The notes below the pieces were generated by a model. It was given only the letters and a program-made list of their open reading frames with translations, did not search any database and had not been told where the DNA came from. The translations under genes and the position numbers were made by a program. 42,862 bases of DNA, taken from an uncultured Ruminococcus sp. (GTDB taxonomy: Bacteria; Bacillota; Clostridia; Oscillospirales; Ruminococcaceae). The DNA is taken from NCBI GenBank assembly GCA_902796255.1, contig CADBOP010000077.1, positions 1-42,862 of the forward strand. The letters are read 5' to 3'. Shown here one piece after another: positions 1-7,673 of this stretch. Every line of letters begins with the position of its first letter. The stretch's first letter is position 1.

Positions 1-38
1 TATTTTTTGCTGTTGTCTTTTCGTCCGACAGCTTTATT

Positions 39-67
39 ATTATAGCATGTTTTTCCTGTTTTGTCAA
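39..67 (-). promoter_or_regulatory. Consensus sigma-A-type promoter firing leftwards out of the window
   Basis: Minus strand reads TTGACA (67..62), a 17-nt spacer, then TGcTATAAT (47..39). No gene start lies to its left inside the window, so it should serve a gene beyond position 1. Confidence 0.55.
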
Positions 68-300
68 GCAGAAGATTTTTAATAATCCAAATCGATTTTT
101 GTTAATTTTGACATCTCATAAATACATCATACTATAATATTGACAGAATAGGAGTTCTTTCGTGCTAACATTCTGAATAAAAATTATACAGCATTTTCAT
201 GCATTTTGCCGTGAAATACTGTTTTCGGCTTAAAATCTGCATTTTCTTGAAAAATTTGTGTAAATATTGTAAAAATTTGAAAAAAATATTCTGTACCCCC

Positions 301-329
301 TTTTCAAATCTGACTTTTTATGCTATAAT
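301..329 (+). promoter_or_regulatory. Candidate promoter of the phosphoglucomutase gene (extended -10)
   Basis: TGcTATAAT at 321..329 with a weak -35 (TTTTCA, 301..306) at 17-nt spacing. It lies about 50 nt upstream of the ATG at 380. Confidence 0.4.
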
Positions 330-379
330 AGAAATAGTATATCCGGAATATCCGGAGAAGATTTTTAGGAGGTTTCTGT

Positions 380-2092
380 ATGTCTGTAAAGGAACTCTAC
401 ACCACTTGGTGTCAGAAAGCAGTTGATGATTCGGATTTACTCCCCGAATTACTCGAAATTGAAGGTAAAGAAGATGAAATCCGTGACCGGTTCTATCGTG
501 ATTTGGAATTTGGTACAGGCGGCCTGAGAGGTGTTCTCGGTGCTGGTACAAACCGTATGAACGTTTACACTGTTCGACGTGCAACACAGGGTCTGGCAAA
601 TTATGTCAAGGCTTCTTTTGAAAATCCCAGCGTTGCAATCTCTTATGACAGCCGTATCAAGTCCACTAAGTTCGCACAGGCTGCTGCTTCGGTACTGGCT
701 GCGAATGGTATCAAAGTGCATATCTATGCAGAGCTGATGCCGACTCCCTGTCTGTCATGGGCTGTCAGAGCATTGAAATGCAGTGCTGGTATTATGGTGA
801 CAGCAAGTCATAACCCGTCAAAATATAATGGCTATAAAGCTTATGGTGCAGACGGTTGTCAGATTACACTCGAAGTTGCGGAACAGGTTCTGAATGAGAT
901 TAATTCTCTGGATATGTTCAATGATGTGAAATATACTGATTTTGAAAAAGCTGTTGCCGATGGCATGGTTTCTTATATTTCTCAGGATGTAATCGAAGAA
1001 TATTATAACAACGTAATGGCTCAGGGAATTCATACAGATTTGTGTGCTGACAGTGGCCTGAAAATTGTCTATACCCCTCTGAACGGCACAGGCAATAAAC
1101 CGGTTCGGGAAATCCTGAACAGAATCGGCATCAAAGATGTCACAGTCGTAAAAGAACAGGAAAATCCTGACGGCCATTTCCCGACTTGCCCGTACCCGAA
1201 CCCCGAAATCCGTGAGGCTCTGGAACTCGGACTGAAATACTGTGATGACGTAAAGCCGGATTTGCTGCTGGCTACTGACCCCGATGCCGACCGTGTGGGA
1301 ATCGCTGTGCCGGATGGTGATGATTATGCATTATTCTCCGGAAATGAAGTCGGTGCAATGCTGCTGGAATATATTTGCAGTCAGAGAAAAGCGAACGGCA
1401 CAATGCCGGAAAATCCGATTTGTGTCAAGACTATCGTTACAACAGATTTAGTAAAAGCGATTGCAGCAGAATATGGTGTAGAAGTGATTGAAGTTCTGAC
1501 AGGTTTCAAGTTTATCGGCGAACAGATTGGCCTGCTCGAAGAAAAAGGAGAAGAAAACCGTTATATCTTCGGCTATGAAGAAAGCTACGGCTATCTGTCC
1601 GGCACCTATGTACGGGACAAAGATGCTGTTGTAGCTTCCATGCTTATCTGCGAAATGGCAGCTTATTACCGCACACAGGGCATTTCCATGTTACAGGCCC
1701 GTGAAAACATGTACAAGAAATACGGCATCTTCCGTCACTCCCTCCAGAGTTTTGCATTCGAGGGCGAAACTGGTATGAACAAGATGAATTCTCTCATGCA
1801 GGAGCTGCGTGAGAATCATCCGGTAGAAATCGGCGGTCTGAAAGTGGTATCTGTTTCTGACTACCAGACCAGCGAAACCGTAAATCTTGCAACTGGTGAA
1901 AAGACAGCAATCACACTCCCGAAATCCAATGTACTTGTATTCGATTTGGAACAGGGTGCAAAAGTTGTGATTCGTCCTTCTGGTACAGAACCGAAAATCA
2001 AGAGTTACTACACCGCTATCGGCAATACTATGGAAGAAGCGATAGCTGTAGAAGAAAAACTCAAAGCAGATTTCAGTAAAATTTTCCAGTAA
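380..2092 (+). CDS. pgcA: Phosphoglucomutase/phosphomannomutase (alpha-D-phosphohexomutase family)
   Basis: 570 aa with the active-site phosphoserine loop TASHNPSKYNGYK. AGGAGG RBS at 367..372. A hairpin terminator follows the stop. Confidence 0.9.
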   Translation: MSVKELYTTWCQKAVDDSDLLPELLEIEGKEDEIRDRFYRDLEFGTGGLRGVLGAGTNRMNVYTVRRATQGLANYVKASFENPSVAISYDSRIKSTKFAQAAASVLAANGIKVHIYAELMPTPCLSWAVRALKCSAGIMVTASHNPSKYNGYKAYGADGCQITLEVAEQVLNEINSLDMFNDVKYTDFEKAVADGMVSYISQDVIEEYYNNVMAQGIHTDLCADSGLKIVYTPLNGTGNKPVREILNRIGIKDVTVVKEQENPDGHFPTCPYPNPEIREALELGLKYCDDVKPDLLLATDPDADRVGIAVPDGDDYALFSGNEVGAMLLEYICSQRKANGTMPENPICVKTIVTTDLVKAIAAEYGVEVIEVLTGFKFIGEQIGLLEEKGEENRYIFGYEESYGYLSGTYVRDKDAVVASMLICEMAAYYRTQGISMLQARENMYKKYGIFRHSLQSFAFEGETGMNKMNSLMQELRENHPVEIGGLKVVSVSDYQTSETVNLATGEKTAITLPKSNVLVFDLEQGAKVVIRPSGTEPKIKSYYTAIGNTMEEAIAVEEKLKADFSKIFQ

Positions 2093-2100
2093 TCTGAAAT

Positions 2101-2152
2101 AAAAAATCATCAGCACAGTATTGCAGTTTTACAATACTGTGCTGATTTTTTT
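2101..2152. terminator. Bidirectional rho-independent terminator between convergent pgm and RNase M5-like genes
   Basis: Perfect 15-bp stem: atcagcacagtattg (2109..2123) pairs with caatactgtgctgat (2132..2146). An A-run (2101..2106) precedes it and a T-run (2146..2152) follows. Confidence 0.85.
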
Positions 2153-2156
2153 GCTT

Positions 2157-2741
2157 TTAACAAGCAGTCTGATTTAAAAATTCTTCTCTGGTCATCATGC
2201 AATTGAGTACTTCCAGCAAAGCTGAAGCAGAAAGATTTTCCGGCAGACCTAAACTTTTCTGAAACGCTCTGCGTTTTGAAGCACTTTCCGGCTGACCGCT
2301 CATACCTGCAAAATACAAATCTGTTTTAGTAATTGGTTCTGAAAGCGGTTTCTCTTCTGTGAGCACACCAGCTTTCCGGAACGCTTCCCGAAGAATATCC
2401 GCATCAATACCCTCTACACCGAGTTTGCCTTCTGCGGAAGGCTTTACTTTTCTCTTTTCTTTGCCGAACACATCTGGAATATAAATATTTTTAATTTCCC
2501 CTTCCGGCACAGCACCTCGGATATAATTTCTAATCTGGAAACCTGCTCTGTCAGAGTCAGTGAGAATTAAAATTCCGGTTGTTTTCGCATAGTATCTGAT
2601 TAAATCCAGAAGTTCCTGATTTTTGTAAATTCCGAAGCCATTTGTCTGGATAATCACAGCTTTGACGAGAGAAGCTAATTTTATTTTATCATATTTTCCT
2701 TCTACAATAATGGCCTGCCTGATTTGCAGCATTCGCATCAC
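2157..2741 (-). CDS. rnmV: Toprim-domain protein, ribonuclease M5-like
   Basis: IIVEGKYDKIKL ... TNG ... ILTDSDRAGFQIRNYI ... VP matches the Toprim E/DxD layout of RnmV. Length (194 aa) is typical. Confidence 0.6.
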   Translation of the reverse strand: MMRMLQIRQAIIVEGKYDKIKLASLVKAVIIQTNGFGIYKNQELLDLIRYYAKTTGILILTDSDRAGFQIRNYIRGAVPEGEIKNIYIPDVFGKEKRKVKPSAEGKLGVEGIDADILREAFRKAGVLTEEKPLSEPITKTDLYFAGMSGQPESASKRRAFQKSLGLPENLSASALLEVLNCMMTREEFLNQTAC

Positions 2742-3061
2742 TCCTTTTTCAAGCAGAATTTTTTCACAGCAAACTGCATTAATTGTAACAGCTCACTGGG
2801 GTTATCACATTCATACACAGCAAGCGGATGTTCCCAGTCCTGTCCCGAAATTACATAAATTTTAAATCTGTGATGATAGTAACCCACATCCATCAAAATA
2901 CCACTCGCATATTCTGCCTGAAACATGTCCTCTTTCAGATAAGTATCTGTATATGTCACGATTCCGCCGGAACTGTCAAACTGATTCCAGAAGTTTTTGT
3001 CTATTGATTCGGAACTCCGACCATGTTCCAGCATTTTTTCTTTGTATTCTGTTTCGCTCAT
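2738..3061 (-). CDS. Hypothetical 107-aa cytoplasmic protein
   Basis: ORF wedged between holA (4-nt gap) and the Toprim gene (ATGA stop/start overlap). No signal peptide and no motif I recognise. Confidence 0.5.
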   Translation of the reverse strand: MSETEYKEKMLEHGRSSESIDKNFWNQFDSSGGIVTYTDTYLKEDMFQAEYASGILMDVGYYHHRFKIYVISGQDWEHPLAVYECDNPSELLQLMQFAVKKFCLKKE

Positions 3062-3065
3062 TGTT

Positions 3066-4103
3066 TTATTTCCTCAGCATTTCAATAACAGTTTTCTCAA
3101 AGAGGACACGCTCGTCAACCGTACCGGAATGCATTTTTTTCTCAGCCTCACAGAGCAGATTCAGGCATTCAGCGATATGTTCCGGCGTTTCACCCATACT
3201 GTCACGAAAAGAACGCTCTACAGCAAAACTGAATTTATATCCGAAATCGCTCATAACATCCTGTACAGTACGGCCATTTTTTCTGGCGGCAGATGCCCTC
3301 TGAATATCAATCATACAGCCCGACACAACAGCCATCAGATACGGCATTTCAACTTTTAATGCAAGCAGTTCTTCCACGGCTTTCATTGCATCAGAAGCAC
3401 GTCTTTTTAATACTGCCGCTGTCAGAGCATAGACAGTTGTTTCCAGCTGAGGTGTCACCATTTCTTGAATCAGCTGTTCCGTGATGATACCGCCATTGAC
3501 ATAGGCACATAATTTATCTAATTCATTCTGAATCATGAGAGTCTGACTGTTGCACTGCATCGCCAAGGCCATAGCCGCCGGACGTTCAATCGTACAGCCT
3601 TGTTTTTTAGCAGATGAGATAATTTCCGTTGCAATCTGAGAAACAGGTTTCGGCTCACAGATACAGACAGTCCCTGCTTTTATAATATAATCTATAATTT
3701 TCTTGTTCTGTGCCGTTGGCTTTTTATTCTTTCCGGTTTTACCGCCGTAGATATCAAAACCCGTGACATCAAACAGCAGTATTGTCTGTCCTGAAACCTG
3801 TTTCAGAATTTCAAGCAGCAATTTTCTTTCAGATTCTTTGAGCGTTTCCGCATTACAGTCATGAATCTGAATACAGTTATATTCTGCAAACATCGGACAG
3901 AGTTCAGCTTCTTCAGCGAGCTGATGCAAATCAAGATTCTGCCCGTCCAGCTTCGTGACATTCTCACTTCCGCCGACAGCCTTAATCACTTTCTTTACGC
4001 AGTTCCCGACAGCGAGAATATCACTTCCGCAAAAATAATACAAATTCGAGAGCTGTCCTGATTTTATTTGATTCTGTAAACTTTTTTCATCTACCTGTGC
4101 CAT
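3066..4103 (-). CDS. holA: DNA polymerase III subunit delta
   Basis: 345 aa with an N-terminal LYYFCGSD-type clamp-loader delta signature. It lies immediately downstream of and overlaps comEC, which is the conserved Firmicute arrangement. Confidence 0.8.
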   Translation of the reverse strand: MAQVDEKSLQNQIKSGQLSNLYYFCGSDILAVGNCVKKVIKAVGGSENVTKLDGQNLDLHQLAEEAELCPMFAEYNCIQIHDCNAETLKESERKLLLEILKQVSGQTILLFDVTGFDIYGGKTGKNKKPTAQNKKIIDYIIKAGTVCICEPKPVSQIATEIISSAKKQGCTIERPAAMALAMQCNSQTLMIQNELDKLCAYVNGGIITEQLIQEMVTPQLETTVYALTAAVLKRRASDAMKAVEELLALKVEMPYLMAVVSGCMIDIQRASAARKNGRTVQDVMSDFGYKFSFAVERSFRDSMGETPEHIAECLNLLCEAEKKMHSGTVDERVLFEKTVIEMLRK

Positions 4104-6195
4104 ATAAACTCCTTATCCGGCATTGCCCCTGTTCAGAAATAGTAAATTCCAGATTATTCTGATTTACATAAGTATGTGCATCCGGCAGATAACTCTGATT
4201 TTCTCCTGAAAATAATAAATATCCACAATCCGGCTGGACAGTTTTACTTTTTCCGTAAACAGTGAGAATATCCGGAGTTTCTGCAATCTGTGTCTTATCG
4301 TTCTTGCAGATATAAATTTTATCTGCATACTGAATTTTGATTTGCTTCTGAGATACTTGTATTTTTGCCCCATGAAATAAAATTTCTTTCTGCTGAGCAA
4401 AATGCAGTAAATACTCTGACTTGATTTTATTTTTGGGTTCTTTCATGCACCAGACTTCCTCCGGTGGTAAAAATTTCAGATATTCCTGATATTTCCGGAT
4501 AGTTTTTTCTTTTGGATTATGCAAAAACAAGCTTTCTACATGCCGGACACCGACAGAATCCAGATAAGTTTCTGCATAGTCAGGGGCATAATAATTTCCG
4601 GTCATATCCAATAAAACAGCATCCTGTCCGTACCGCACAGCTATCAGGCACTGAGAAGTTTCACCAAGTACAGCAATTTTCAGGTTTTTCTCCTGTACCA
4701 GATTTTCAATATTCACAGTGATACAAGTAATCAGCAATACCATTGCAGCAGAAACAGCAGTCAGTTTTCTGCTTCTGAAACAAATCTGAAAAAGCAGAAC
4801 CAGAGCCGCACCGGCATAAATCACAAACACCAGAATTTCGCTGTCTGTCGAAGCATGTGTCCAGTTCAGACCGGCAAAGAAATCAGAAATTTCCAGTATA
4901 AACTGATTCAGCGTATCAGCAGTATGCAGAAGCAGTTCTGCAATACTGCCCTGACAGCCCAGCAGTACAGCTGCCAGTCCGCATATCATAGACAGCATAC
5001 AAAACGGGACTAACAGTATATTACTCAGCGGTGAGATAAGAGAAAATTCCCTGAAATACAATACACTCACAGGTAAAATTATCACAGATACCCATGTGAA
5101 AGCTGTCAAATCTTTCAGCAGAAGATGATAAAATTCTTTCTCCGGCAGTTCCTGAATCATGTATGCTCCGGCGACACCAATCCCGAACGCTCCCGTACAG
5201 GACAGCCAGAAAGCCGGATTATGTATCACAAACGGATTTTCCACTCCCAATATCAGCACCGCAATTGCCAGCGAATTAAATGCATCAGCCTGCCGAAAAA
5301 ACAGTTTTGCACTCTGTGAAAGCAGAATCATAATAAATGCTCTTTTGACAGATACTGTTCCGCCGGCACAAACAACAAATAACCCACCAGTTACTGTAAT
5401 CAATAAAAATTTTATTTTTCTTCCTGCTTTTAATTTTTCCATCAGCCAGCCGATACAGACCGCCAAAAAATCCAGATGCAGGCCGGATACTGCTAAAATA
5501 TGCCCGATGCCTGTCCTGTAGAGAGCTGTTTTCTGACTATGCCGCATACCAGACTTATCCCCGAATAACATACCCGTCAGCATTGCTCCGGTATCTTCCG
5601 GCATAAGTCCCTGTATCCGTTCGGACATGCTTTCTCTCCAAGCATAAATTTTTCCGGAAAGTGATAATTTTTCTGCCGGTTTTATCTCCTGTATTTCAAA
5701 TTCTGTAGCAAAATCAAAACAGAGAAAAATATTTCTTGCTTTTGCATAATTTTTCTTGTCAAATAAAAATCCGGATTCTATTTTCTGAGGCCTGCCGAAA
5801 ATAGTAATACTATCGCCATAATTCAAAGTATTATCATCTGTAAACAAATCTATCTTAGCCGGTATCTCTCCCCTGTCAATATACCCTTGCAGAATATAAT
5901 CTGCACTGCCTCCGGAATAGACTGTCTTTTCTATGACTTCGCCGCAGAAAGTCAGTTCCAGACCTGCTAATTCTTTCTGACGGGTTTCTGTCAGCTTGGT
6001 ATGCTGCCAATAACTACAGCACGCTATCAGGCATGACAGCGTGCTGAGTACTACATATTTCCAGACAGACCGGCGATACACAATCACTCCGACCGCTGCC
6101 AGAAGTATCACACTCCATGACAGAATATCAAATTCTGATGCAATCAGCAGGCCAAGCAAATACGGCAAGCCAATATATAATGCCGGTCTTTTCAT
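4087..6195 (-). CDS. comEC: ComEC/Rec2 DNA internalisation channel protein (C-terminal MBL-like domain degenerate)
   Basis: 702 aa and polytopic. Competence-domain motif GIGHILAVSGLHLDFL. N-terminal OB-like segment between TM helices. The C-terminal region lacks HxHxDH. Confidence 0.85.
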   Translation of the reverse strand: MKRPALYIGLPYLLGLLIASEFDILSWSVILLAAVGVIVYRRSVWKYVVLSTLSCLIACCSYWQHTKLTETRQKELAGLELTFCGEVIEKTVYSGGSADYILQGYIDRGEIPAKIDLFTDDNTLNYGDSITIFGRPQKIESGFLFDKKNYAKARNIFLCFDFATEFEIQEIKPAEKLSLSGKIYAWRESMSERIQGLMPEDTGAMLTGMLFGDKSGMRHSQKTALYRTGIGHILAVSGLHLDFLAVCIGWLMEKLKAGRKIKFLLITVTGGLFVVCAGGTVSVKRAFIMILLSQSAKLFFRQADAFNSLAIAVLILGVENPFVIHNPAFWLSCTGAFGIGVAGAYMIQELPEKEFYHLLLKDLTAFTWVSVIILPVSVLYFREFSLISPLSNILLVPFCMLSMICGLAAVLLGCQGSIAELLLHTADTLNQFILEISDFFAGLNWTHASTDSEILVFVIYAGAALVLLFQICFRSRKLTAVSAAMVLLITCITVNIENLVQEKNLKIAVLGETSQCLIAVRYGQDAVLLDMTGNYYAPDYAETYLDSVGVRHVESLFLHNPKEKTIRKYQEYLKFLPPEEVWCMKEPKNKIKSEYLLHFAQQKEILFHGAKIQVSQKQIKIQYADKIYICKNDKTQIAETPDILTVYGKSKTVQPDCGYLLFSGENQSYLPDAHTYVNQNNLEFTISEQGQCRIRSLYGTGR

Positions 6196-6197
6196 AT

Positions 6198-6740
6198 TCA
6201 GTCTTTAAAGAACAGCGGCAGCTTTTCGAGATAGATAATATCTGTCCGGTCAGCGGCATCTCCTTCAGCGAGTACAGCAGCTTTTCCGGACACAGTGCCT
6301 CCGGCTTTTTCTGTCAGATATTCCAGAGCTTTGAGGGATTCGCCTGTACTGATAACATCATCCACAATAAGCACTTTTTTATTTTTCAGCAATTCTGCTT
6401 TTTCGCCGTCCAGATGCAGAACCTGTTCGTTTGCAGTCGTAATGGATTTCACATTGACAGAAACAACATCCTGCATATAGAGCTTGACAGATTTTCTGGC
6501 TACGACATAAGCTTTTCCGCTCTGACGAGCCATTTCATAAGCGAGCGGAATGCCTTTGGATTCCGCAGTCAGAATCACATCAAATTCCGGTGCTTTTTCA
6601 AGAAGCAGTTCTGCCGATTTCACGGTCACTTCGACATCAGAAAACATGATAAAAGCCGCAATATCAAGCTTATCGCTGACGGGGCATTTTTTTAACTTTC
6701 TGTCGAGTCCTGCAATTTTCATTTCATAATATTCAGCCAT
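6198..6740 (-). CDS. Purine (Xpt/Apt-like) phosphoribosyltransferase family protein
   Basis: PRPP-binding loop VLIVDDVISTGESL. The overall layout resembles xanthine/adenine PRTases (AESKGIP ... VVARK). Confidence 0.75.
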   Translation of the reverse strand: MAEYYEMKIAGLDRKLKKCPVSDKLDIAAFIMFSDVEVTVKSAELLLEKAPEFDVILTAESKGIPLAYEMARQSGKAYVVARKSVKLYMQDVVSVNVKSITTANEQVLHLDGEKAELLKNKKVLIVDDVISTGESLKALEYLTEKAGGTVSGKAAVLAEGDAADRTDIIYLEKLPLFFKD

Positions 6741-6758
6741 GTTAAAATTCTCCTACTT

Positions 6759-7109
6759 TCAGCCGAGAGACTGTTCGCCCCAGCCCATTTTTCTGCCTGC
6801 CACCAGATGGAAATGCAGGTGCATTACGCTCTGGCCGGCATCTTCTCCGCAGTTATTGATAACACGATAGCTTTCAATATTTTCCTGTTCCGAAACTTTT
6901 GCAATCGCCTCGAAAATCTTAGCAACATACTGTGAATTTTCCGGAGTGATTTTCTTTGCACAGCAGATATGTGTCTTAGGTACAAATAAGTAATGCACAG
7001 GTGCAATGGGGCTGATATCTTTAAAAGCAAATACAAATTCGTCTTCATATACTTTAGCAGAAGGAATTTCCCCTGCGATAATCTTACAGAATAAACAATC
7101 TTTATCCAT
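6759..7109 (-). CDS. HIT (histidine triad) family nucleotide hydrolase
   Basis: 116 aa with the histidine triad HLHFHLV near the C-terminus and an N-terminal CLFCKI motif. Confidence 0.9.
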   Translation of the reverse strand: MDKDCLFCKIIAGEIPSAKVYEDEFVFAFKDISPIAPVHYLFVPKTHICCAKKITPENSQYVAKIFEAIAKVSEQENIESYRVINNCGEDAGQSVMHLHFHLVAGRKMGWGEQSLG

Positions 7110-7200
7110 GATAAGTTCCTCCTCGATGATATTTTATTGATAATAAAATTTAAATTTAATCCATGGTCAGTTGTCAGCACATAGCGTAATGTCAGAATAG

Positions 7201-7659
7201 CTATTCTTCTTCCAAATCCACAATCATTTTTTCAAATGCCTGAAACGAGTCAGCGACTTTGCAGTTTTCGGGATTTTCTTCAAATTCATCGAAAAATTCA
7301 TGACTGATATAATAAATCCCCTGATTTTTAGTATTCAGATAATAGCTGTCTCCAGCTTCATCAGCACAGAACGGGATATACTCCATCGGGATTAACTTAT
7401 CCTGTTTCTGCCATTTCAGAAGTGTTTTCACAGTCAGTTCTTCTTCATCCTCGCTGAACAGCGGATAGACCTCTGCTAAAAAGCATTCTTCCGCTGAGAA
7501 TCCGCATTCATCGAGCAGGCCGCCGTTTTGCTTCAGATAGAGGGCTTTCAGCTCCGGCGGAAGCCGGAACTGATATTTTTTTTCAAATGCCTTGATTTCT
7601 TCTTTTGTAAGCGGTTTCTGACCGTCATATTCCAGATAAGTAAGCAAAGCCATTTTCAA
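7201..7659 (-). CDS. SMI1/KNR4 (SUKH-1) family protein, immunity-protein-like
   Basis: Typical SUKH N-terminus: LTKEEIKAFEKKYQFRLPPELKALYLKQNGG. 152 aa, acidic, no signal peptide. An AGGAGGG RBS lies 14 nt after the alaS stop. Confidence 0.8.
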   Translation of the reverse strand: MKMALLTYLEYDGQKPLTKEEIKAFEKKYQFRLPPELKALYLKQNGGLLDECGFSAEECFLAEVYPLFSEDEEELTVKTLLKWQKQDKLIPMEYIPFCADEAGDSYYLNTKNQGIYYISHEFFDEFEENPENCKVADSFQAFEKMIVDLEEE

Positions 7660-7673
7660 GCCCTCCTAAATGA

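Noticed and set aside
205-225. Possible cre (CcpA) site upstream of pgm (TGAAATACTGTTTTC)
   Set aside because: It lacks the central CG and the dyad symmetry of cre consensus sites. It is too weak to call.
199-426. 75-aa ORF in the pgm upstream region
   Set aside because: It is AT-rich and low-complexity and has no RBS. It runs through the pgm promoter, RBS and start codon. It is most likely a chance ORF.
2157-2741. Toprim protein as an OLD/Gabija/PARIS-type defence nuclease
   Set aside because: It is only 194 aa and aligns along its length with the RNase M5 layout. It has no ATPase partner and sits in a holA-linked housekeeping operon.
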